The notes under the pieces are model-generated. The model had not been told where the DNA came from, ran no database searches, and saw only the letters and a program-made list of their open reading frames with translations. A stretch of 64,000 bases of DNA from Fidelibacterota bacterium (lineage in GTDB: Bacteria > Fidelibacterota > Marinisomatia > Marinisomatales > Marinisomataceae): the NCBI GenBank assembly GCA_965212055.1, contig OZ243041.1, positions 224,001 through 288,000 of the forward strand, in the 5' to 3' direction. Every line of letters begins with the position of its first letter. The first letter of the stretch is position 1. The position numbers and the translations under genes were made by a program. Positions 19,993 to 29,812 of the stretch are shown here, piece by piece.

Positions 19993-20621
19993 GTTATGCA
20001 ATCAAAGAAATATACTTTACAATCCAAGGAGAAGGATTTCATACAGGAAAAGATGCAGTTTTTTGCCGTTTTTCTGGATGCAATCTTTGGTCAGGATTAG
20101 AAAAAGATCGATCAAATGCAGTTTGTAATTTTTGTGATACAGATTTTTTTGGTACGGATGGTGAAAATGGTGGAAAATATTCATCACATCATGATCTTAT
20201 TAATCAAATTGAAATGTGTTGGCCAAAGAAAAAGAAAAATAAATACGTTGTTTTTACTGGAGGGGAACCATTGCTTCAATTAGATCAACAATTAATTGAC
20301 GAATTACATAATCATAATTTTGAAGTTGCTATTGAAACAAATGGTACGATTCTTCCTCCAAACAATATTGATTGGGTTTGTGTGAGTCCTAAAAAGAATG
20401 CTGATTTAATATTAAAGAGTGGTGATGAACTAAAATTGGTTTATCCCCAGAAAAATTTTAATCCCCAACAATTTGAATCATTAGATTTCACTTATTTTAG
20501 TATTCAACCAATGGATGGAAAACAATTACAAAACAATATTTTGAAATGCGTATCTTATTGTATGGAAAATCCACTGTGGCGATTAAGCCTCCAAACACAT
20601 AAAATTATTGGAGTGAAATAA
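19989..20621 (+). CDS. queE: 7-carboxy-7-deazaguanine synthase (radical SAM, Cx14CxxC type)
   Basis: [37 protein letters not shown]. Confidence 0.95.
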   Translation: MSYAIKEIYFTIQGEGFHTGKDAVFCRFSGCNLWSGLEKDRSNAVCNFCDTDFFGTDGENGGKYSSHHDLINQIEMCWPKKKKNKYVVFTGGEPLLQLDQQLIDELHNHNFEVAIETNGTILPPNNIDWVCVSPKKNADLILKSGDELKLVYPQKNFNPQQFESLDFTYFSIQPMDGKQLQNNILKCVSYCMENPLWRLSLQTHKIIGVK

Positions 20622-20622
20622 G

Positions 20623-20988
20623 ATGTTTGAATTAACAAGAAAATATGAATTTCATGCTGCACGCAAGTTAACAAGTTTACCAGAGAGCCATCCTTGTAGT
20701 AAAATGCATGGACATACTTTTTCAGTGATAGTCAAAATAAGTGGTAATTTAGATCAATCAAAAGGCTGGGTAATGGATTTTTCTGATATAGATGATATAT
20801 ATCATACAAATGTTCAATCACTCCTTGATCATAAATATTTAAATGATATAGATACTTTATCCAATCCTACAACAGAACATATTGTGGTTTGGATATGGGA
20901 TAAGTTATTCCCTGATTTGAATGGATTAACAGAAGTAACTGTGAGTGAAAGTAACGACTCTTCGTGTACATATAAGGGAAATAACTAA
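20623..20988 (+). CDS. queD: 6-carboxytetrahydropterin synthase
   Basis: C..MHGH, GWVMDF, LDH.YLN, NPTTE. Confidence 0.92.
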   Translation: MFELTRKYEFHAARKLTSLPESHPCSKMHGHTFSVIVKISGNLDQSKGWVMDFSDIDDIYHTNVQSLLDHKYLNDIDTLSNPTTEHIVVWIWDKLFPDLNGLTEVTVSESNDSSCTYKGNN

Positions 20989-21380
20989 TGCCAAAAGCAC
21001 AAGGAAAAAAATTCACATTTGATACGGTCGATAAAATTAGACCAGACTATCTTGAAACATTTAATTTTGATAGCAAAGATCAATATATCATTACTAAAAC
21101 TAAGGAATTTAGCGCTGTTTGTCCTTTTAGTGGTTTACCAGATTTGGCAAAAGTAATTATTGAATATTATCCAGATGGCGGAAAGTGTGTTGAACTGAAA
21201 TCATTAAAATATTATTTCATTAGTTTTAGAAATGTAGGAATTTATCAAGAAGCGGTGACCCAAAAAATTTATTCTGATTTAAAAAATGTTCTTAATACTC
21301 AAAGACTTAAAGTAACTTCTGTGTATAATACAAGAGGAGGATTTGATACCACTTGTATAGAAGGAGATTTAGAAAAATAA
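20988..21380 (+). CDS. queF: preQ0 reductase (short, type I)
   Basis: [24 protein letters not shown]. Confidence 0.93.
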   Translation: MPKAQGKKFTFDTVDKIRPDYLETFNFDSKDQYIITKTKEFSAVCPFSGLPDLAKVIIEYYPDGGKCVELKSLKYYFISFRNVGIYQEAVTQKIYSDLKNVLNTQRLKVTSVYNTRGGFDTTCIEGDLEK

Positions 21381-21559
21381 TGAATAAAAAATCATTTCTA
21401 AAAATTTGTTTAGTTGCTGGAATAACAGCTTTTGTTGCTAATGATATCATGTATTATACAGATAAATTTGGTGAACAAACGTTTTGGGAGCATATCATTA
21501 TTGCGGTTGCTATTTTTGTTACAACAGTGAATACATTGTTTCTATATTGGAGAGAATAA
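21380..21559 (+). CDS. Small two-TM hypothetical protein
   Basis: TAATG coupling at both ends. Confidence 0.55.
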   Translation: MNKKSFLKICLVAGITAFVANDIMYYTDKFGEQTFWEHIIIAVAIFVTTVNTLFLYWRE

Positions 21560-22137
21560 TGAATTATTTAGAAAAATTATACAGAGCGATTCGTCTTGAT
21601 TCAGAGTTATACGAAGAAGTTGAAGCAGATAAAAGCTTAACAAGACAAGCGTTGGTGACCGTTGCATTGGTTGCTATTATTGAAGGTGTTTTTTATCTGG
21701 GGGCTCAAGATCAAGGATTAGTTATTGGGTTATCACAATCAATTCTTGGGAGTGTCACTCGATGGGTTATGTGGGCATTTTTTATTGCATTTGTCGGAAC
21801 AAGAATTTTACCTGAGCCTGAAACAGAATCCAATACAGGTGAATTGCTTCGTACATTAGGGTTTGCATATGCTCCAGGTGTATTTTATATATTTGCATCG
21901 TTGCCTATTATTGGATCCATTGTTCAATTATTGGTTCCATTGTGGCAATTAGCTGCTATGGTAGTTGCAGTAAGACAAGCATTAGATTTTAGTTCCACTA
22001 CACGTGCCATTGGTGTATGTGTTGTAGCATTCTTTCTCATGGTATTAACACTGATACTATTTATAATGTTCACTTCTTTCTTTCTCGCAGTTGCATCGAA
22101 TGCTGTTCCAGTGGAGACCCCTTTAATAGGTACTTAA
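21559..22137 (+). CDS. YIP1-family membrane protein
   Basis: LYEEVEAD...T.QA, LLRTLGFAYAPG, VAVRQALD. Confidence 0.8.
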   Translation: MNYLEKLYRAIRLDSELYEEVEADKSLTRQALVTVALVAIIEGVFYLGAQDQGLVIGLSQSILGSVTRWVMWAFFIAFVGTRILPEPETESNTGELLRTLGFAYAPGVFYIFASLPIIGSIVQLLVPLWQLAAMVVAVRQALDFSSTTRAIGVCVVAFFLMVLTLILFIMFTSFFLAVASNAVPVETPLIGT

Positions 22138-22201
22138 TTTTTACACTTTAAAGTATGGAATAATTTTTTTACCTTTTTGTTCTATAGGAGTTCAATTATA
22201 T

Positions 22202-22990
22202 ATGAAAAATAAAGTTTTAGCTATAGCAATCTTATTATTAGTCGGATGCGATTCATCCAGTACCATTAATCCTTATAATACTGATGGCGGTAATGATAAT
22301 TCAGGATCTGGTGGTTCAGGAGGTGGAGGGGATACTAACCTACCTGTGGGATTCACAAAATTTATAGATACACATACTGATGTTTATATTTCAGGAAATT
22401 ATGTTGTTGTTGAAACAGCTGGAATTCCTAATCACACTAGTCCGTATTGGGGAGCTGGACATACTAATTATGAAACTCCACATTCAGGAATGAGTGTAAA
22501 TCCTAATATAATTTCCGCACAAAACTTTAAATTTTATATTCCCCTTAATCCAACAGTAGCTAATACAGTTGCTAGCACTCCATTAGGGGCAATAGGAGTA
22601 TCTTTAAGCGGTGTACCATTTTATAATCAATATGCTGGTCCAAATAATCAACCATTGGCTCAAGAAACTGGATCTTTTGATGCATACTATGGACATCCAC
22701 AACAAACAGGACAATATCATTATCACTGGGAGCCATTATACTTAACATTTGCTGATAATTCTATATTAATAGGATATTCACTAGATGGTTTTCCTGTTTA
22801 TGGACCAACTAACCAAACTGATGGAAATTATCCAACTGATTTAGATGACATCAATGGACATACTCATATTACCAATGAATATCCAAATGGTACTTACCAT
22901 TATCATGCTACTTCAACAGTCCCTTATTTGATTGGTGGATATAAAGGAACCGTAGGTTCAGCAAGTGGCGGTGGATACTTTACCAACTAA
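22202..22990 (+). CDS. YHYH domain lipoprotein
   Basis: Lipobox LLVGC; GHPQ..GQYHYH, DGFPVYG, GTYHYH. Confidence 0.9.
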   Translation: MKNKVLAIAILLLVGCDSSSTINPYNTDGGNDNSGSGGSGGGGDTNLPVGFTKFIDTHTDVYISGNYVVVETAGIPNHTSPYWGAGHTNYETPHSGMSVNPNIISAQNFKFYIPLNPTVANTVASTPLGAIGVSLSGVPFYNQYAGPNNQPLAQETGSFDAYYGHPQQTGQYHYHWEPLYLTFADNSILIGYSLDGFPVYGPTNQTDGNYPTDLDDINGHTHITNEYPNGTYHYHATSTVPYLIGGYKGTVGSASGGGYFTN

Positions 22991-23459
22991 GTTCGTACTC
23001 TTATTTTCCTATACAATATTTCTATTCTCTTGTACAGAAGTTCTTATTGTCGAAGACTCTGATTTAATCGATGGAATGACAGTACAAAAATTTGTGAGAG
23101 AAAATCAATATGATGGCATTATTAAAATCTATTATCCTGATAATCAATTACAATCAATGAGAAAATATTCCAATGGAAAAAAATATGGAAAACATGAAGG
23201 ATGGTGGCCTAATGGAAATAAACGATATACATATTATTTTAATAAAGACCAAAGTGTCGGCCAACATCTTCAATGGCATTCCAATGGTCAGTTGTTTGTT
23301 ATAAAAAATTTTGAAAATGGTTTAGAAAGCGGAGAACAAAAAGCATGGGATCAAAATGGAGATTTGATGTATAAATATATCTATTATAATGGAAGGAAGT
23401 ATGGTATCCAAGGATCTGTTGTATGTAATGGTATGAATGAGTTGGCGGAACAAAATTGA
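22965..23459 (+). CDS. MORN-variant repeat protein (YwqK-like), possible lipoprotein
   Basis: YYPDNQL, WWPNGNK, WHSNGQL, WDQNGDL repeats. Confidence 0.8.
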   Translation: MAVDTLPTKFVLLFSYTIFLFSCTEVLIVEDSDLIDGMTVQKFVRENQYDGIIKIYYPDNQLQSMRKYSNGKKYGKHEGWWPNGNKRYTYYFNKDQSVGQHLQWHSNGQLFVIKNFENGLESGEQKAWDQNGDLMYKYIYYNGRKYGIQGSVVCNGMNELAEQN

Positions 23460-23944
23460 TTCATTTACAAAATTATACTGATGATTTTTTTTCATTTCTT
23501 CTAGAATCAAATAATGTGAATAAACCAGAGGTGGGAGCACTAGATGAAGAAAAACTTCAATTACTTATTGATCAAGCAAATTATTGCAAAATAGTATTCT
23601 ACAATAATGATCCTGCAGGATTTCTCCTGTGTTTGCCAGAAAAGATTGAATATGATAGCATGAACTATGAATGGATCTCTGAACGATACAGCAATTTTAT
23701 GTATATTGATCGTATTTCAGTTATGCAAAAATTTCAGAATAAACAATTAGGAACTGCACTTTATGATGATTTGATAGAATGTTCAAAAGAAGAGAACTAT
23801 GATATTATTTTATGTGAAGTGAATATTTATCCACCAAATCCAGGATCTATAAGATTTCATAAAAGATTTGATTTTATTGAATGCGGTTCGCAATTTACAG
23901 AGGGCGGAAAAAAGCAAGTCCAATTTTTTTTTAGAGAATTATAA
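23456..23944 (+). CDS. GNAT acetyltransferase
   Basis: YIDRI, LGTALY, CEVN..PPNPGS..FH. Confidence 0.85.
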   Translation: MIHLQNYTDDFFSFLLESNNVNKPEVGALDEEKLQLLIDQANYCKIVFYNNDPAGFLLCLPEKIEYDSMNYEWISERYSNFMYIDRISVMQKFQNKQLGTALYDDLIECSKEENYDIILCEVNIYPPNPGSIRFHKRFDFIECGSQFTEGGKKQVQFFFREL

Positions 23945-23964
23945 TTAACATTGAAAGGATATTA

Positions 23965-24075
23965 ATGAACAATTTTTGGCACGATTTATTTTTCCCATTG
24001 TTTTTCTTTACAGTTTTTGTTGCTGCGCATATTGGACTGTATATAATGATATTTAAGGGAGATAAATCAAAGTGA
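23965..24075 (+). CDS. Putative 36-aa single-TM protein
   Basis: GAAAGGA RBS; MNNFWHDLFFPLFFFTVFVAAHIGLYIMIFKGDKSK; GTGA overlap with the next gene. Confidence 0.5.
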   Translation: MNNFWHDLFFPLFFFTVFVAAHIGLYIMIFKGDKSK

Positions 24076-24272
24076 ATAAAAAAAAGAGACTCGCAAAAAG
24101 AAAACATCGTAAAGCTCGCTTACGACTCAAAGCGAAGAAATTAGAGCTCCTAAAAAATAAAAAACCTTCTGTTGAGAAAGTGAAAGCTCCAAAAGCTCCT
24201 TCTAAAAAAGCAGCGCCTAAGAAAGTAGCATCCAAAAAGAAGGCTACTAAGAAAAAGAAGGAAAAATCTTAA
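24072..24272 (+). CDS. Lys-rich basic protein (histone H1-like tail)
   Basis: KAPKAPSKKAAPKKVASKKKATKKKK; GGGAG RBS. Confidence 0.7.
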   Translation: MNKKKRLAKRKHRKARLRLKAKKLELLKNKKPSVEKVKAPKAPSKKAAPKKVASKKKATKKKKEKS

Positions 24273-24278
24273 TTATAA

Positions 24279-25382
24279 ATGCGTAATTCAAATACCACAT
24301 TGGGGGTATTTGTCGTTTGTCTCAAAGTATTATGGAGACATAAACGATATCTTTATCTATTAACCTTTTTACTGTTTTTTCCATTTTATTTACTCATTAA
24401 TCGATTATTTTTATTTCTTGATTATCTGGTAGTGCCAGAATTTGAAGATACAAAAATTCAGAATCCTATCTTCATTATAGGATTTAATCGTAGTGGTACT
24501 ACATTTTTTCACAAATTCTTATCTCAATCACAACAATTTACATCATCTCCTGCCTGGGATATGGTTGTTCCATCTATTTCCCTTAGAAAATTGATTGCAT
24601 TTCTCCCAGCATTATTGTCAGCAATAAAATTTGATCGAATTGAAAAAAAAGATAAAGGACATGAAGTAAAACTAACTGAGGTTGAAGAAGATGAAATGCT
24701 GTTTTTTTTACATAAGTTAGATTCTAAATGGATTACAAATAATTTAATTCCATGGATGCAATACGATGTTCAATTCAAACGCTTTGCTCACAATCTAGGC
24801 AGAGATAATTCAGAAAATGCTGAACGTAATCTTAATTCATTCTCTTTTTATAGAGAATTTTGCAAAAGACAAATATTCTTACAGAAAAATAAACCAATAT
24901 TATCTAAGGCGAATCCTTTCGTGTTTCGATTAGATTCCTTGATGAAAACATTTCCTGATGCAAAGATTGTCTTTATTGTTCGAGATCCATTGGAAACAAT
25001 TCCGTCTTATTTTTCAATGCAAGAAAAAATGAAATATGGAAATATGATGACTAAACAAGAACTCAAATTTTATCGAGAAGAAACATATAAAGAAATTATT
25101 GATTGGTATAAAGAAACAGAAGTTGCACAAGATAAGTTAGAATCAAAGAATTTTGTTGTTTTTACCTATCAAGATTTAACAAAAAATTTAGCAAAAACGA
25201 TAAAACAATTTTTTACATTTTCTAATCAAAAAATGACTAAAGAATTTGAACAAATTCTTAAAAAAACTATTTCAAAAAAGTATGTTAAAAAACATCAAAA
25301 TAAAACAGTTTCTGATTTTGGTTTAAGTGATAAAAAAATTAGAAAAGATTTTGATTTTGTATATGAGAAATACTTTAACTAA
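24279..25382 (+). CDS. Sulfotransferase family protein
   Basis: PIFIIGFNRSGTT (PAPS loop), FPDAK....RDP...S. Confidence 0.9.
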   Translation: MRNSNTTLGVFVVCLKVLWRHKRYLYLLTFLLFFPFYLLINRLFLFLDYLVVPEFEDTKIQNPIFIIGFNRSGTTFFHKFLSQSQQFTSSPAWDMVVPSISLRKLIAFLPALLSAIKFDRIEKKDKGHEVKLTEVEEDEMLFFLHKLDSKWITNNLIPWMQYDVQFKRFAHNLGRDNSENAERNLNSFSFYREFCKRQIFLQKNKPILSKANPFVFRLDSLMKTFPDAKIVFIVRDPLETIPSYFSMQEKMKYGNMMTKQELKFYREETYKEIIDWYKETEVAQDKLESKNFVVFTYQDLTKNLAKTIKQFFTFSNQKMTKEFEQILKKTISKKYVKKHQNKTVSDFGLSDKKIRKDFDFVYEKYFN

Positions 25383-25398
25383 TTTTCTTCTCTTAGCA

Positions 25399-25962
25399 AT
25401 GAAAAAAAATATTTTACTTATAGTTGCCTTAATAGTTATTGGGATTCTAGGAAGAATGATTCCTCATCCACCAAACTTTACTCCAATCATTGCCATTGCA
25501 CTATTGGCATCACATGTATTTAAAAATAAATGGATTGTTATCTTAACCCCTTTAATGGCGATGTGGATTAGCGATTTAGTGCTTAATAATTATCGGTATG
25601 CAGGACACCATGATGGTGGTTTCTTAGTCTTTTCTTCTAGTTCTTTATGGGTATATGGCCCAATCATATGTATAGCATTATTAGGAACAGTATTAATCAA
25701 AAAAGTGAAAATATCGAACATCGCTTTATCTAGTATAAGCGGATCACTGATTTTCTTTTTAGTATCAAATTTTGGCGTATGGATTTCAGGAACAATGTTT
25801 CCTAAATCATTATTTGGTTTAATCGAATGTTATACATTCGCACTTCCATTTTTTGGTAATGCGTTAGTAGGAGACTTGGTTTATTGCACCATTTTATTTA
25901 CTAGCTATAGTTTAGCATTTTCCGGAGGTATAGTATTGCACAAAGGAAAGAATCTGAGCTAA
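25399..25962 (+). CDS. DUF6580 putative transport protein
   Basis: RMIPHPPNFTPI.AIAL, SD, FFLVSNFGVW, CY..ALPF. Confidence 0.8.
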   Translation: MKKNILLIVALIVIGILGRMIPHPPNFTPIIAIALLASHVFKNKWIVILTPLMAMWISDLVLNNYRYAGHHDGGFLVFSSSSLWVYGPIICIALLGTVLIKKVKISNIALSSISGSLIFFLVSNFGVWISGTMFPKSLFGLIECYTFALPFFGNALVGDLVYCTILFTSYSLAFSGGIVLHKGKNLS

Positions 25963-25991
25963 AAGTCTATAATTTTAAATTTTAAATTTAA

Positions 25992-26020
25992 TTGGCATTA
26001 CACAAATAACTCTTTATATT
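25992..26020 (+). promoter_or_regulatory. Sigma70-type promoter of the cold-shock gene
   Basis: TTGGCA-N17-TATATT. Confidence 0.5.
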
Positions 26021-26061
26021 GCCCCGATTATTATTTTAATTATTAACTAAAAGAGAGAAAT

Positions 26062-26274
26062 ATGAGTGACAGAGAAAAAGGTACTGTAAAGTTCTTTAAT
26101 GAAAAAAAAGGTTATGGTTTCATCACTAAAGAAGATGGAAACGACGTTTTTGTTCATTTCACTAGCATCGAATCAGATGATGATTTTAAGACTCTTAAAC
26201 AAGACCAAGCGGTTGAGTTTGAAATAGAGTCAGATGATAGAGGAGACAAAGCAGTCAAAGTAACAGCTGGTTAG
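26062..26274 (+). CDS. cspA: Cold-shock protein
   Basis: GTVKFFN..KGYGFI, DVFVHF. Confidence 0.95.
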   Translation: MSDREKGTVKFFNEKKGYGFITKEDGNDVFVHFTSIESDDDFKTLKQDQAVEFEIESDDRGDKAVKVTAG

Positions 26275-26317
26275 TTAATAATTACATAGTATATTTTTAA
26301 AGCTTAAGAAGGGGAAT

Positions 26318-26389
26318 GCCTCAGTAGCTCAATGGTAGAGCAGTGGCCTCTTAAGCCATTGGTTCAAGGTTCGAGTCCTTGCTGGGGTA
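26318..26389 (+). tRNA. tRNA-Lys(CTT)
   Basis: Cloverleaf: GCCTCAG/CTGGGGT acceptor, GCTC/GAGC D stem, GTGGC-CTCTTAA-GCCAT anticodon arm, CAAGG-TTCGAGT-CCTTG T arm; CCA not encoded. Confidence 0.93.
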
Positions 26390-26398
26390 CTACTTAAA

Positions 26399-27163
26399 AT
26401 GAACCTTAAAAATAAAAACATAATTATTACAGGTGGAGCCGATGGGATTGGCAAAGCACTGGCAGAACGATTTCTAAACGAATCTCCCAATTCTATACAT
26501 CTTATAGATATTAACCCTAATGTGTTTCACGTAGCTGAATCAATTGGAGGCAAAGGGTATATTGTCGATGTTGCAAATTCAGAGCAATTTACTCTTACGT
26601 TGAATGAGATTATCAAAGAAGTTCATTCAGTAGATTTATTTTGTTCAAATGCAGGAATACAAGGACATGGGACCTTAGATGCTAGTGATGATACTTGGGA
26701 CAGCAATTGGCAAATCAATGTAATGTCCCATATCTATGCAGCTAGAGTTTTAATTCCTCATATGGCAGAAAATCAAGATGGATATTTTCTTGTAACAGTG
26801 TCTGCAGCTGGTTTATTAAATATGCCTGGAGCAATGCCTTATGCTACCACCAAACATGCAGCATTGGGTTTGGCTGAAAACTTAGCGATTACGTATGGGA
26901 ATCAAGGAATTAAAGTTTCTGTACTATGCCCTCAATTGGTAGATACCAATATGTTAAAAACTTCAGAACTTCCATCAGATGATCATCCATTAATGAAAGA
27001 TGGAATATTAAGTGCAGAACAAGTTGCGGATGATACAGTGCAAGGAATCAAAAAAGAGGAATTTTTAATTCTACCCCATCAGCATGTTTTGCGTTATATA
27101 CAAGGAAAAACGCAAGATTATGATCGATGGATTGCTGGATCAAGAAAATTGGCTTTAAAATGA
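26399..27163 (+). CDS. SDR oxidoreductase
   Basis: TGGADGIG, SNAG, YATTK. Confidence 0.92.
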   Translation: MNLKNKNIIITGGADGIGKALAERFLNESPNSIHLIDINPNVFHVAESIGGKGYIVDVANSEQFTLTLNEIIKEVHSVDLFCSNAGIQGHGTLDASDDTWDSNWQINVMSHIYAARVLIPHMAENQDGYFLVTVSAAGLLNMPGAMPYATTKHAALGLAENLAITYGNQGIKVSVLCPQLVDTNMLKTSELPSDDHPLMKDGILSAEQVADDTVQGIKKEEFLILPHQHVLRYIQGKTQDYDRWIAGSRKLALK

Positions 27164-27408
27164 AAAGTCCAAAAAATAGTATAATGAGATGGCTTGTATT
27201 CTTAAGGTTTTTCTTTCCAGAATTAAGTAAAACCGTTCAAATACTATTTTTACTACAGCTAGTATTATTTTTTGGCAGCATTTATTTGATATTTTCACAT
27301 TTGAATCTTGATCCATTTAGACCTGAGTTTATAGCATATTTTAGTTTGGTCGCACTTGTGTGTTGTATGGGTATGAATTATATTCAATCAAACGCTTTTA
27401 AAATATAA
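27160..27408 (+). CDS. Hypothetical membrane protein
   Basis: ATGA overlap with the SDR gene; two TM segments. Confidence 0.5.
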   Translation: MKSPKNSIMRWLVFLRFFFPELSKTVQILFLLQLVLFFGSIYLIFSHLNLDPFRPEFIAYFSLVALVCCMGMNYIQSNAFKI

Positions 27409-27418
27409 AAGGATAGAT

Positions 27419-27769
27419 ATGAGACATTTAGTATTAATCATTGCACTTTTTCTAACAATCTCTTTTGCACAAGATAAAGTTGTATCTGAAAATTATGCCA
27501 TCGAAGGAATGATGTGTAGTATGGGATGTGTAACAAAAGTAACAAAAGCAATGCAAGATTTAGATGGTTTTGAAGCTGTTAATTTTGATTTTGACATAGA
27601 AAGAAAAGTAGATTACGCTATTGTGACTTTTGATAATGAAGTATTATCTCGTAAAGAAGTGGTTGCTGCTATTCATAGTGTCAGTGAAGGTGCGTATCAA
27701 GTCAAAGAAGTTAGCGAAGCCTGTTGCAAAGATTTTTGTGAACATTCGAGTGCTGAAGAAAAAATTTAA
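27419..27769 (+). CDS. Exported heavy-metal-associated (HMA) domain protein
   Basis: Signal peptide; IEGMMCSMGC metal motif. Confidence 0.8.
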   Translation: MRHLVLIIALFLTISFAQDKVVSENYAIEGMMCSMGCVTKVTKAMQDLDGFEAVNFDFDIERKVDYAIVTFDNEVLSRKEVVAAIHSVSEGAYQVKEVSEACCKDFCEHSSAEEKI

Positions 27770-27859
27770 TTCGACGCTACTAAACTCTTCCTTTGTTAAT
27801 CTGCCTAAGTAGGTAAGCGCAAATATAAAAGCTATATAGTATAATTTTTAGGGAATGAA

Positions 27860-29686
27860 CTAATCAAGATCCACTAAACAATCCTTACAAGTTAATAATG
27901 CTTTTGGTTCTTGAATGTCTGTTAATGTTTCATATAGACTTGCTAGACCATTAAGCGCTGATAAAACTTTAGGCTCCCCTAGAGACACATCAAAATTTTC
28001 AAGTAATTCTTTGAGAATCATCTCCTCAAGAGAGCGTTCTTCACCATAATACTCAACTTTATAATCTTCTAATTCTGCTATGTTGGCAGCATATGTAATT
28101 GCATCATCAATGCCTCCGATCTCATCCACCAAACCTATTTCTTTAGCGCTTGTTGCAATCCAGATTCTGCCACCTGCAATCTCTTTAATATCTTCATATG
28201 ATTGAGATCTTGACTCAGCTACAAAGTTAATAAATCGATCGTATGCATCGGCACCCCAGCTTGCAAAAATTTTATCCAAATCATCATTAATAGCTTGGGT
28301 CGGATCCCAGCCACCGTGCTTAGAGGTAACCACACCATCAAAATTTACTCCAATGTAATCCATTGCATTTTCTAATGTTGGCAGGGCAATTGCCACACCT
28401 ATAGAGCCTGTAATGGTTGTGGGTTCAGCAAAAATATAATCAGCTGGAGTTGAGATATATACCCCTCCAGATGCAGCGTAGTCACCCATAGATACGATCA
28501 CGTTGATGCCTTTTCTTTTGGCAGCAAGTAGCTCATCTCTCATCATTTCACTGCCAATAATAGACCCACCAGGGCTATTGACTCTAAAGACAATAGCTTT
28601 TGTATTTTCGTCTTCATGCGCAGACCTGATTTGTTTTACTACCCCATCGGCACCTGCCACACCCTGAGTGATATCTCCCTCCATGATCGCACCTTCAGCA
28701 GTAATTACAGCTATTTGATTATCACTATCAGAGAAGTCCTCATCTATTTGCTTTGCATACTCGTTATAAGAAATGGTTTTGTAAGTTTCGGTTTCAGCCT
28801 CTTCATCTAGACCAAATTCTTCAATCATATATTGACGAAATTCTGGAAATGATTTTGTACCATCAATAATATTATTTGCTTTAGCATAGGCAATATTTCC
28901 TATTGCAGCTTCACCAATAAATGCAACGTAGTCGTCTGCAAAAGATTGAATATCATCTGATTCAATCCCACGTCCTACCGCCATGAGAGATTTCATTTCA
29001 TCCCAAATAGGATTGAGTATGGCTTCTCTCTGCATCCTGTCATTTTCTGACATATCTGTTCTTGTGTTTGGCTCAACGGCAGATTTAAAATCCCCTTGAG
29101 AATAATTGTGAATATTAATTTTTAGATTTTCATAAAACTCTTTCTGATAAGGGCTCATTCCCCCAAGACCTCGAACACTAATGCTTCCAACAGGATGAAC
29201 CCATACCTCAGATGCTTGAGAAGCCATGAGATAAGACGTTGTAGACAGACGATCGTTAAAAGCAATTACTCTTTTACCAGAGTCGCGAAGCGCTTTTAAT
29301 TCTTTTGCAATATTGATTGCTGTAGTTGGTCCAGCAAAACCTGTGGATGAGAAATCAACAAACACAGCAGGAATATCTTCATCTTCAGCTGCCGCTCTTA
29401 TTAATTGTATAAGATCTCTTGTTTGAATTTGATCAGTTGAAGAGTCTGTGACAATGTTAAACAGAAAATCTGAGTTAAACACTTCTTGATCAACCACAGT
29501 TCCTTCAGGATCAATCAAAAGCACTCTGCCGCTTGGATCTTTAACTTCAGGCCCAGAGGTTAGCGCTCCAATAATTATAATCGTAAAAAAGATCAAAACG
29601 AAGGCTGTACCAACGTTCAGCATGATGATTCTTGCTTTTTCTAGAAATCGACCAAGCCAAGAAAAAATAGGTTTAAGTGCATTCAT
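27860..29686 (-). CDS. sppA: Signal peptide peptidase SppA (long, two-domain form)
   Basis: RVNSPGGS, SMGDYAASGG, TITGSIGV, GRIW, GLVDEIG; alternative start at 29701. Confidence 0.95.
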   Translation of the reverse strand: MNALKPIFSWLGRFLEKARIIMLNVGTAFVLIFFTIIIIGALTSGPEVKDPSGRVLLIDPEGTVVDQEVFNSDFLFNIVTDSSTDQIQTRDLIQLIRAAAEDEDIPAVFVDFSSTGFAGPTTAINIAKELKALRDSGKRVIAFNDRLSTTSYLMASQASEVWVHPVGSISVRGLGGMSPYQKEFYENLKINIHNYSQGDFKSAVEPNTRTDMSENDRMQREAILNPIWDEMKSLMAVGRGIESDDIQSFADDYVAFIGEAAIGNIAYAKANNIIDGTKSFPEFRQYMIEEFGLDEEAETETYKTISYNEYAKQIDEDFSDSDNQIAVITAEGAIMEGDITQGVAGADGVVKQIRSAHEDENTKAIVFRVNSPGGSIIGSEMMRDELLAAKRKGINVIVSMGDYAASGGVYISTPADYIFAEPTTITGSIGVAIALPTLENAMDYIGVNFDGVVTSKHGGWDPTQAINDDLDKIFASWGADAYDRFINFVAESRSQSYEDIKEIAGGRIWIATSAKEIGLVDEIGGIDDAITYAANIAELEDYKVEYYGEERSLEEMILKELLENFDVSLGEPKVLSALNGLASLYETLTDIQEPKALLTCKDCLVDLD

Positions 29687-29793
29687 AGGTATTCTCCTCA
29701 TAGGTATTCTCCAAACTTATTCCATTTAAAATGTAACACTTTTAATATAAAAGCAGCAATGAATGTAACACTCTTAATACAAAAGCAGCAATG
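29683..29793. repeat. Two short tandem duplications upstream of sppA
   Basis: TCATAGGTATTCTCC x2 (29683-29712, perfect); a 32-bp unit x2 (29730-29793, 2 mismatches). Confidence 0.9.
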
Positions 29794-29812
29794 ATTATGC
29801 TGAAGAAAAAAT

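Noticed and set aside
19315..21380. que genes as a 7-deazaguanine DNA-modification (dpd) defence system
   Set aside because: No dpdA/tgt-like or other dpd genes nearby; queF points to tRNA queuosine synthesis
22965..23459. Toxin-antitoxin pair based on the YwqK-like repeat
   Set aside because: No adjacent toxin; MORN-variant repeats are generic
26318..29812. tRNA-anchored genomic island or prophage
   Set aside because: No integrase, no duplicated tRNA 3' end and no phage genes seen
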